From NCBI RefSeq assembly GCF_009914755.1, contig NC_060925.1: a DNA stretch of 64,000 bases; one strand, given 5' to 3'. The notes beneath the pieces are model-generated. The model was not told where the DNA came from. It saw nothing but the letters and a program-made list of their open reading frames with translations, and made no database searches. This stretch comes from the human T2T-CHM13v2.0 reference genome, Homo sapiens. This document shows positions 29,301 to 40,060 of this stretch, in pieces. Position 1 is the stretch's first letter; each line of letters opens with the position of its first letter. A program made the translations under genes and the position numbers.

Positions 29301-29897
29301 TCCGCAGTATCTTGTCCTGCTCAATTTTGGGGGTGGTTTCAACTTCCAGTGACAGTAGCTAAATCCCACGCCATGGTTGCTTCTCAGTCTTGGTTGCATG
29401 ACCCCACCCCTTACTTTTGCCCTGGTTCAGCAAGCAGCAGCCCAAGTTTCCCTAACTCCTAGGACTGCTGTCACTGGTTCCCAGGTCTGTGCATAGTCTA
29501 CTCAAAACTAGGATCAAGAATGAAATCTTGCTGTAGCTGCTTAGGCTTCAGAAAGTGTGTGGGACCCAGGATGTGTCCCCTTCCTGAAGCTGTTTCTTCT
29601 GAGTCTCTCAGCCACAACCTGAGTTACATTTAGAGCTTTGGAGGTCAAGGTGCTCTCCCAAGACCTGAATTGTAAAATTCCCCAGGGGGAAAGTGGAGGT
29701 CCGAAATACTGTTACTCATGCTCTCTCGTTCTGGGAAGTCACTCACAGTTCCTGGTCTATCCTGGTAAAACAGCTGCCTTTCTTCTCCTTCCTAGGTTTT
29801 GCTGTTTCCCATCACTTGTCTGTTGAGCTCCCATATTTCCTTTTGGATACTGTATTCAGCATGCAATTGTTTAGTCAGCCATCTTGAAAAAAGTCTC
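23330..29897 (-). mobile_element. Near full-length decayed L1MA1-like LINE-1 (5'UTR, ORF1, ORF2 with internal deletions, 3'UTR)
   Basis: 3' end ggtacatgtgcaattttgttacatgcatag...caagtcagggcttttagg; ORF2 endonuclease peptide remnant DIIDIYRIFYPITAEYTFFSTAHGTFSKID (26448-26645, minus); 5' terminus with YY1 site CAAGATGGCTGAC (plus-strand gccatctt 29878-29885). Confidence 0.9.
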
Positions 29898-30479
29898 TAA
29901 TTTATTCTTGAAACATCACTTTTACATGAAAGAGATGTTTTTAAATTCTTTATTTTTAATGTAATTAACAATATGATAACATCTCATAAATTCAAACTAT
30001 GATATGCTACAATATTGAAGCCATCCAGTGAGACCACAACTATCAACATCTCCAACTTGTGGAGTTCTTCTGCTTTGTGGGGAAGATTTTCTGATATAAA
30101 GAAAGAGTAAGGATGTCATGGTTAGCCCATTTATTGAATATTATAAACCTTAATTTCCTCCTCATATTTATATTAAAAATAAATATCAGGTACTATAACT
30201 TTATTTTCCTCCTGCCCTCAGTGGATCATCTTGCCCATTCCTGGTTATGCACCTCCCACTTTGTAGACCACTGTAAAAACTGCAACCTTTGAGTGTAATG
30301 TATGTGGAAAAATTATCATAAACTGGAGTGATGAGTAAAGGTGTGTTCTTTAAGTTTGAGTGAGGGGAAACAGCCTTGATTGGACACCCGTTTTGTGACA
30401 AGTCTTTTAGTAAGTACTTTCACATTGATTCTCCTTTTCTGCGTGGAAGAAAAATAGTAAATTCATATTCTCTGGGACC

Positions 30480-30690
30480 TGTATCTGTGGTATCCAGTAA
30501 AGTAGCTACCATCCACATGTGGCTATTTAAATTTAAATGAATTAAAATTAAATTATATTAAAATTGTTGGTTCCTTAGTTATGCTAGCTACATGTTAAAC
30601 CACATGGCTAGTGATTACCATATCAGACAGTATATATTTTAGAATATTCCTATCATTTTATTTCTGTTACTATTGGATAGAACTACTTTG
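30480..30690 (-). mobile_element. MER3 (hAT-Charlie MITE; MER3/MER33 group)
   Basis: ccacatgtggctatttaaatttaaat...cacatggctagtg..taccatat..gacag...ctattggatag. Confidence 0.8.
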
Positions 30691-31084
30691 GAATTAGACC
30701 TCTTAGAAGGCAGAGGTTTTCAAACAGAGATTTTCAAGCAGATATTTTTCCCGATGCCACTGTTACTATTTACAATTCTAAACAAACACTATATTAATAT
30801 ATAATATAAAATGAAGAATTTTACTTCCTCAATTAATCAAATACAATTAAAACTCTAGACATAAATACTAACTTATACTTGTTAAGAGCTTACTTGGTAC
30901 CGAACATTGTACTGTTTCATAAGGTTTATTTCATTTAATTCTCACAATAGATTTATACAATAAGTTATTAAATAAATAAACAAAATAATTCAAGGCCATG
31001 AGGTTGATAAGCAGTAAAGCTGTGGCATAAATTCTGGAGCCAAGCAGTTAGTTAAGTGGCTCATGTTTGATGTCACATGCTCTA

Positions 31085-31400
31085 TGGGACAGGGTGGAAT
31101 GAAGAACCTCAGGCTCTTGCCTCAAGCACAAAATTTAAGGGAACAAAATTTGCCATACATCTCAGTAATCAATATTGGTAATATTCTAATGCACTAATTT
31201 ATTAAATTTAAAACTAATGAAAAAAAATCTATGCTGAATACAATATCAAAATTTTGAACAAAAATGATATCATTATTAGTGATTTTTTATTTTCCTTCAG
31301 GTTCCAATATGGCTGTGCCTGACACTTTATTTAAAATTGTGATATTTTGTTGATCATAATTTTTTTTGCATTAATTTGGTTTTAAAAATACTCTCTTCAT
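31085..31400. mobile_element. hAT-Tip100 MITE (ORSL-like)
   Basis: cttgcctcaagcacaaaatttaaggg...ctcagtaatcaa...caatatcaaaatttt; internal ~65-bp inverted repeat. Confidence 0.6.
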
Positions 31401-32079
31401 AATCTTTTTCAATTACTTCTTTTGACTCATGCTGAAATCATGCCTGATACAACTAATTAATCAGAATCTCTGAAGTTTTAAACTAGAAAGATTTTTTTTT
31501 GACAGATCCTTAGGCTAGATTTGGTAAATACTGGTCCATGGCTCTTTCCATGCTTTGTTTACTGGTGGTATATTCAGATATATTAACTACCCAGGTACAA
31601 TGAATTTATTATATTAGCCTTTTGCAATCATACAACCTTAGTTACTTTCCTGATTTTTAGGGAAAATTTATCTTCTCATGAGACCCTGAGTAACAAAAAT
31701 AAGTGATACCATAGATATAGAAATTATTAAATAGAAATTTCTAGGTATATAATTATTGATGGCACATAGTATGCACTCAATAAAAGATAGCAATTGTATT
31801 AGCTGCCTTTTTTCATTCTCCTTTGTAAGTTTTTTTTGAGAGTTGAATACATTGACACAGAATAATTAAGAATTTAAAAAGTATAATGGAACTTCATAGT
31901 ACATAAAATGAAGGCAGCCATAGTCAGTGATTGATAAGCAACACTGTTCTATTCTGCAGGAGACTAGTACCTTCTAGAGTTGTAGTCTACCATGGCCACT
32001 AAAAAAACACAGAACACATTCCTTCCAAAGGTTTGTTCAATGTTCTATTCCCAGGTTTCACACTTCACAGGGTACCTCA

Positions 32080-32245
32080 GTTTCTAGAAGGCACTGTGAC
32101 AAAGAGGAAAAGAAAAAGAGACAAGCATGAACTTTTAGCACAGACAGACTTGGGCTCAAAATTCCATCTCTGAAAGCTATGCAATCCTGGGCAAGATACT
32201 TGATCTCCCTGAAACTCAGTTTCCTCCTAGTAAAAGCAATGATTA
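32080..32245 (+). mobile_element. MIR SINE
   Basis: cagacagacttgggctcaaa...tcctgggcaagatacttgatctccctgaaactcagtttcctc. Confidence 0.75.
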
Positions 32246-32887
32246 TCTGAGTACGTTTATATTTACTTTGGCTTGCGGTTTTTATTTTCCTAAGCTAAGG
32301 TATGTAGAGCTTGATTCGTTCTATGATTTTTAGGTCTAAAACATAACCTTTGCTATGTTATTACTAAATACCAGACACTGTATTTTCAGCTAATGAGACT
32401 AGAATCCTAGTGTGAAAAAGAAAACTAAATATCGAGAAAGGCAATTTAATTTAAATTTCTCCTAAGCAAATTAATCCAGCCTCCATATGTGAGTAAATTA
32501 TATGAATAAAAGGGTAACTAGTAGGCACATTATTAGTATTCCATATTAGTTACCATGCCCTTTGGTATGCATTTGTGAGAAACCCAGAACTACCTTATAA
32601 CAAACATAATATCAAATAATCCATTCCTATGTATTTGTGAAGGACAAGCTTATTTCTTAAGCCTTTTGTATTTCTGACTCATCGTAATCAAGTATATTTG
32701 AAGAAATCACTAAATAATTAGAGAACTAGACTCAATGTCATATTATTCAGATACATTTTGGTGGATACAAGCAACTGTCTTTGTGTCAGATTAGTGTCAA
32801 ATAAGTGGGAGTTGTTTATGAGGGAACCACAGTTTTAACTGAGATGTAACATAATTGTGTTGCATGTGATTTTATAATCAAGATTTC

Positions 32888-33478
32888 TATTTCAGGTTTC
32901 TGCTGCTGCCTTAAAAAATACTATAAAACTTAGTGATACAAAACATTATTTATTGTTTCTCATAGTTCTATGCATTGACTGGGCTAATTTGGGTAGTTTT
33001 TCCAGGTGGCTGTGAGAACACATTTGACTGGAAATTCAGCTGGGGCTGAAATGACCAAAATGTCATCTTATCCTCTAGGGTGCTTGTACAAATAGTTTGT
33101 TGACATACATTAGTCTTGTGACTTGGTTCCAAAAGGTAGAAAGCAGAACATGCAGTCTTCCTAACACTTAGATCCAGAATGCCAGTCTAGCTGCATTTAA
33201 AGGAAGTCAGAAGACTAGGCCAATCTCAAGCAGAGAGGAAATAGACTCCATTTCTTGATGGAGACAGTGACAGACATGGACAAGGATGGAAAGAAGTGTT
33301 GACAGCCGTATTTAGAGAACATCTATCTCTGTCCTCTGCCACAACAATTCACATCTCCCTTCACCTGAAAATACATTCATATCTCCTTCAAAAGTGACGT
33401 CCCATTATGGAACCAGCTCCAAGTCCAGGATTCTGTCACTTCAGTCAAGCCCAGATATGGATAAAGATACTCAGGGTC
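32888..33478 (-). mobile_element. MLT1 (H-like) MaLR 3' LTR plus 3' end of the internal region
   Basis: aaaacttagtg..acaaaacattatttattgtttctcatagttct; complement of the polypurine tract (PPT), tctgtcctctgccacaacaattcacatctccc, at ~33328-33360. Confidence 0.7.
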
Positions 33479-33489
33479 TAAAGGATAAA

Positions 33490-34719
33490 CTTGGGTAGAG
33501 TTTGCAACATAAAATATAAGGCCTTGCTTGGCATGTGACTGGGTAGCAGGCAGAGACCTGAATGGTAAGTGAGGTGATTGCTAATGGAGGAAAATGGACA
33601 CTGGGGAAATTGCTATGGAAAAGTGGAGAAAGGGTAGATCATGTCGTGTATTGGCAGAAAAATTTGTGAGACTGTTGCCTAAAGTTACTGGGAAGACAGA
33701 TAAAAGTATCTAAAGAACTCTGGATCTGGCTGGGTAAGTTTCTAGGCAAATTTTTGAAAATGGCTTTTTAAGCTGCCTATGAGAAAGTAATGCAAAAGAC
33801 AGATGAACTAAAGAAGAAAATTTTCAATTTTCAAGCAGAATTGAGAAGAAATGTTTTTAACCCAGGTATTGCTGGGATGGAAAAGGACACTATTTATCAT
33901 TCTTAATTTTTCAGATCAACAAAAGGCTTCCAAAGTAAGAAGTAGCTTCAGAGAAAAGGTGAAACTGAGGCTCTGACAATAATGTGTGGCCTCAGCATTA
34001 AGAACAAAGTAATGGTATAGAATGTTAAAAACTGAAAGATTGAAGGACAGTGCTTGGTAGAAAAATGCAACCAGGCAAAAGCCTTCTAGGGATTTTAAAG
34101 ATATTATCTTGGGGCATCCTGAATCTCAACTTAAAGTGGAAAGAGGCCTGCCTTAAAGAGATTTGTGATTGTGGCATTTTTCTAATGTAGTGGATTACAA
34201 TTTGATATCTTGAAAACTCAGTGTTTTTTAAGGTAGTTGAATTATATTGGAACAAAGAAAAGGAACAAAGAAAGTTTAAAATGAAATGAGGTATTTAAAT
34301 TCCCAGCCTTCTATGGGCAGGATGAAGGCTGAGAATGTTACTCAGCTATAACTATAGGATATTTCTTATCAAAAGGAAGGATCATTCCGAGGACAGAGCC
34401 AAAGGTCAAGGATGGAGCTTAGAGTCATGGAGAATCGTTTCCAGGAAACAGACTAGAATCAGAATATTTTCTGTCCCAGAGTAGCAAGCTATGGGAACAT
34501 ATGCCTTGCCATTGTATACATATTTTTGTCTTCTTTGGATTGCAAATCTCCAACTGACAAGATCCACATGGTAAGAGATTTATCTGATATGAACGTAGAT
34601 CACATGATACTGGGCTTCAAACTCGATTCCATAATTAGATAAGACTTTTGTGTCTTGAGTGGGAGTGAGTGCCTTTTGTATGTGGGATAGATGTGAATTG
34701 TTAAAGCCAGACAGTGTAT
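33490..34719 (+). mobile_element. MLT1 internal sequence
   Basis: MaLR-int motifs (aagtggagaaagggtagatcatgt..tattggcagaaaaattt..actgttgcct); ends atgtgaattgttaaagccagacagtgtat just before the LTR. Confidence 0.7.
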
Positions 34720-35788
34720 TGTGGTAAATTACCTGAAAACATTGCCATCAACAGTTAATTCCATTCAAATATGCCCATGATGCTCCAGCACTAAGAGTTG
34801 GAGTCTATTTCCTCTACTCTTGAACCTGAGATGCCATGTGCTCTGCTTAGACTAATTAGATAAGGGAGAAGGAAGGTCTGAGAGTGCTGAGTCTAAGCCT
34901 TAGGAGAATTGACAACTTCCACTTTTTCTCTCTTGGAGTTCTGAGCCACCATGTAAGAAGTTCAGTTTTCCTGTTGTGGTGGGTGGCGTGGGCGGAATGT
35001 GAGACTATCTTAGACATTACATCTGAGCTCTCAGCTGAAGGTAACCATGTGATTATTCCAGCTGACCCCACATGAGACCAAGTCAACCCAAAGAAGAATC
35101 AGAAATAATAAATCATTTTTGCTTCAGCCACTGTATTACTTTTCTGATGATATACAGGAAATTACCACAAATTTACTAGCATAAAATAACACACATTTAT
35201 TATCTTAGAGTTTCTCTGGGTCAAAAGTCAGGTCTTAACCTAACTGGGTCTTCTGTTCAGGATCTCACAAGATTGTAATTAAGATGTTACACAAAACTAC
35301 CATCTCATCTAAGTGTTGTCTAGAGAAGAATCCACTTCCAGGCTCATTCAGGTTCTTGGCAGAATCCATTTCCTTGCAGCTATATACTTCATGGCCTGTC
35401 TTCTTTCTGGCTGTCAGCAGAAGGCCTCTCTGAGGTCCTGGAGACCATTAGCAGACCCTGCCTCATGGCCTTCTCCAGATGCCATTCACAATGTGGTGTT
35501 TGCTCCTTGCTCTAATCAGCTGAGACAGGGTCTTGTGTAATACAGCATAATCAAAGATGACATCCCATCACCTTCACCACACAACATAATCTAATCACTC
35601 AAGAGACATCTCATCACCTTTGTCATTTTCTAATGGTTAGAAGCAAGCCATAGATTCTATTTGAACTTATTTGCACAGATTCCACTTATGCAAGAGCATG
35701 ACTCATGGGTGGTCACCTTAGAGTGAGTCTCCCACAGCCACCTAAGTTTTAGATGGTTTCTCAAGCCCCTATAGATAACCAGAAAACA
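34720..35788 (+). mobile_element. MLT1H-like LTR, interrupted by MLT1E
   Basis: gagtctatttcctctactcttgaacctgag, ctgagccaccatgtaagaagttcag, aataaatcatt..gccac [insert] gccacctaagtttt...atagataaccagaaaaca. Confidence 0.8.
35132..35736 (-). mobile_element. MLT1E-like solo LTR
   Basis: TG...CA ends; perfect 5-bp TSD GCCAC at 35127-35131 and 35737-35741; tccacttccaggctcattcaggtt..tggcagaat. Confidence 0.85.
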
Positions 35789-36479
35789 TCTTTCTTCCAT
35801 CAGCAAGTCTTTAGCTGAGTAAAATCTGTAATCTTTAGCCATTCAAATAAGAAATCTATTCAGAGAAGCCACTTCATTAACATTTACAAAATTAAAGAAG
35901 CATCTTTTCAGTATTAATCTTGGACATAGTACTTAAGTAGAGACTGCTTCCCATTTGAGTCAGTAGGTGAGAAGTACCAATTCTAGAAAATCTTTAGCCT
36001 ATTTCAAACATTGAGCTCAAACTGAGTAGTATTCTATCCATAGTTTGCTTTTGTATTCAACATTCAAGCACATTCTTTTAGAGATAGGGTCACATTGGGT
36101 GAATATTCCATTTTAAAGCTCAAGAATAAAGTTCAGAAAAAGTTGCAATAATCCATATCGCCTGACATCATATCATCTTGAAAGTTGTAGGTCAAGAGTT
36201 GTGATGTGTATGTATAATAACAAGGGCCTTCGAATGTTCTAACTTCCATACTAACAATCGAACCACCCTACATGAAAATGGGAAAAACATCAGATCATGC
36301 TGAATCCCTAACTGGAAAGGTAGCTCCCAGGTTAGCTCTCCTCAAAGGACTATTTATCAAGATTGCCAGGATCAACATGCATCATTCAGGTTGGGATTAT
36401 ATAATAGTATTATGTTTTTATATACTCTGCTGCAGATGTTTCTTCATTGTAAACAGTAACGCACATATATAAACTATGA

Positions 36480-36710
36480 TAATAATGTATAATGAATATA
36501 GCACTTAATGTCCACTACTCAACACTCAACCTTGTTGTAACTATTATTGTAAACCTTTTAAAAAACAAATGAGAAAAGTGAGTCTGAGAGGGTTTATTAA
36601 AATGCCAAAGTTTGCACAGCTAGGAATTAATGAAGCCATGACTCCAACTTCATTCACTGCCATCAGATTCCCAAAGCCCATGTTTTATCCATTATGCCAA
36701 ATTGCTCTTT
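36480..36710 (-). mobile_element. MIR SINE
   Basis: caaatgagaaaagtgagtctgagagggtt...gccaaagtttgcacagctagg. Confidence 0.7.
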
Positions 36711-37371
36711 TATTTATCTTCACAAGTAGATGATGCCAAAACTTTCTGGGAAGGATTTGATTTGCACCACTGAAACCTAACCATTCCTCTCATTAGAAAT
36801 AATAATAGAGGCAAGGATTGTCCAGAGTTTTCTTCAAAGAATGAAGGTTGTATATAATAGACAGTATCATTTCAAATACAACAAATCACTGATGTCTAGA
36901 AATGTAGTTTTTATTTGTTTATTAAGTTGAAAAGTTTGAATAAGCAAAATAAGATCTTGACCCAGTCAGCATAGCTGGCTGGTTTTACCAGTTGTAATGG
37001 TAATAAAACCCAGTGGCATTCTATACACAGACAGCAGAAAGGAAGAATCAAATAAACAGAGTTTTTAAAAGTAATGTTTATGAAAAATAAAATCAATCAG
37101 TTGAAGAAGAAATTTTCAATGAAAGAATGAGTGTGTCCAGTCTCATAAATAAAGTGAAAAAGTTTCTTACTGCTGAGCAGAAGAGAGTTGCTATACGTCA
37201 CACCACAGAACTTCACAGAACTGCTAAACTTCAAACAGTGGCTGCAGACAGCTATGAAAACTCAGGAATGCAGCCATTTTTTTAGGGTCACCTCAGAAGC
37301 TGGGCTACAGAAGAAAGAATTTTAGACCTACCAGTTTCACTCAGATGGCTTCAAAATAGGCTTAAAATTTT

Positions 37372-38230
37372 CCTCATTCACTCATTTATTTTATCATGTA
37401 TAAATACTGCAATTCCTACTATGTGCAGCAGGGATTGAGATAAGTAAGACACATCTGTTTTCTGCTCTCACAACGCTTATAGCATAATGCAGTGGGAAAG
37501 AAGGACAAGAAAACAGGTATTTGTAATACAATGAAATAGGTTAAGTGCTGTGTTGAACGAGCCATAGGAGATACTCCCATGGTTAGTTGGAGTGTGTGTA
37601 TGGGGATAATGTATGTCAGGTAAGACTTTTTGGAGGAAGTCAATCACACATATGGTGAAAACTGAATGATGATAGATGACCAGGTTAAGAAGACTTGGGG
37701 AGCCTGTTTTAGACAAGGAAATGGCTTGGGTGAAGACCTAATTCCGAGAAAGAGCAAGATAAATTGAAATAATGGAACAGATTATTACCAGACAGAGTAC
37801 AGGGTATAAGGGTAGAAGTGGTGAGGGATGATGGTGGAGTATTAGGCCAGAATAGAGTTTTGTGAATCTTTTGAGTCTCATCTGGGCAATGGGAAGGAGT
37901 TTGCTCAATAGGAAGCACTGAAGGGGATAGAAACATTCAGCTTATTCTGGCAGCTGTTTAGAAAATCAATTAGAGTTGGCGAGACACAATGCAGTGAGAC
38001 TAGTATGATAGTTGTTGCATTATAGAAGCAACAGAGTTTGATGATTAATTGGCTGAAGGAACTGAGAGTGGGAAGGAATAAAGAAGGCCTCCAAAGCTAC
38101 TAGATTTGCTGTGAGTATGGGTGGTGGTGCTTTTCAGTAGATAGAAAATTCAAGATGGGGTTAGGGAGAATCAGGGAACGATGATACAATGAGTTCAGTT
38201 TGAGGCAAGAAAAGATTTGTGTGTGTTTAC
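37372..38230 (-). mobile_element. L2 LINE 3' portion
   Basis: cattcactcatttatt tail, cctactatgtgcag, ctgctctcacaacgcttatag, atgagttcagtttgag. Confidence 0.75.
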
Positions 38231-38329
38231 TGAGAGCTACTAGAATAAAAGATAATATGCTTTATATTTCACCTGAATTACAGTTTAGCTTTTTTTCTTT
38301 TCAAGTTTTACTAGCATTACTTGCATTTC

Positions 38330-38890
<561 letters not shown>

Positions 38891-38989
38891 TAAGGGATAT
38901 TGAAACTAGTAGCTCACTTGGTAGTTAGAAGAAAATATTTTTCAGAAAAAAATACATCAATCTCTCTCTCTAAAGTTCCAAATACCATT

Positions 38990-39500
38990 TCTACAGACAT
39001 AAACACATCAAGCCCACCCATGAAGAGCACACACTTCAGTGAGAGAGAAAAGCAAACATATACTATTGCAATGCAATCTGTGAGAATTTCTTTAAGGGGA
39101 GCAGGCCAGTGACATTGAGGAAATAATAAAGAGGCTTAACGCAAAGTGGAGAAGTCAAGGACAACTTTTAAACATGAAAGTCATAGATGCAACATAAAGG
39201 ACAGGACATTAAATGATGAAAAAAATTCAGAGTAACTGGGTCACAGTGTAATATAAGAATGGTAAATGATACAGCTTAAAAAAATTCTGACATCAGATAA
39301 TTAAAGTATTGGATGTAATGGTAAAGTGTTTTGATTTCAAACTAGAGTTAAATCTTTGGAAAATTTTTGAGTAGAGGAATTATGTCATTAGATTTACATC
39401 TTAAGACAGGTAATTTCAGCAGCCAAATAGAAGACTCAGAAAGAACAAGAATTAAGTCACAGAGACCATGTACACAGAATTCGTAAACCAGTAGGGAATT
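38990..39500 (-). mobile_element. L2 fragment
   Basis: Degenerate L2 motifs (atggtaaagtgttttgattt, ttgagtagaggaattatgtcattagattt). Confidence 0.55.
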
Positions 39501-39523
39501 TGGACACTGTGTTGGTAAATTTT

Positions 39524-40020
39524 AATCTTTTCAGTAGGAAAAACTCCAAGTAGTGCATCAGATTTCACTTTACTTAGAAGGAGAAATGGCCAGATGTGTG
39601 ATTATATACTGAGTCATACACTCAGTATATAATGAGGTCAATGGCCGGATGGTCAGGGACTTGGAAGATGATTGGCAAATTGGTGACAAGGAAATTTTGG
39701 GAAAAGGTATGCAGATAGAGCTCTCTAAATAGGCAAAAAAACCATGAAGATATTTGTGTGTCAAATGAATGCTTACCACAGTGTGACCTAAGAAGAGGAC
39801 GATTTTAAAAATGAAGTTGTTAGGAAGGCACATTCAGTAGATACAAGTCCACTTCTTTCTCCACTCACTCCTGCCATTTCCTAATAGGCTTATGGACAAA
39901 GTGGCCATGGTGGCAAGAACAGAGGTTATATATGGGCTCAGCAACATGGTCTTCAACTTACCAAGGTAAGCTTGGCTATGGCTGCTACTGAGTGCCCTGT
40001 CTACCAGCAGCAGAGACCAA
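39524..40020 (+). mobile_element. ERV-L (HERVL/ERVL-int) pol fragment: RNase H C-terminus and integrase HHCC zinc finger, decayed
   Basis: Frame-broken translation resembles ERVL Pol: KEKWPDV..YT, WQIGDKEI.GKGM, KIFV...NAYH, SGHGG..RGY.WAQQHGL.LTK..LA.AATECPVYQQQRP. Confidence 0.85.
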
Positions 40021-40060
40021 GGGATATATTTGTTATGAATAATTTTATGTGTCAACTTAC

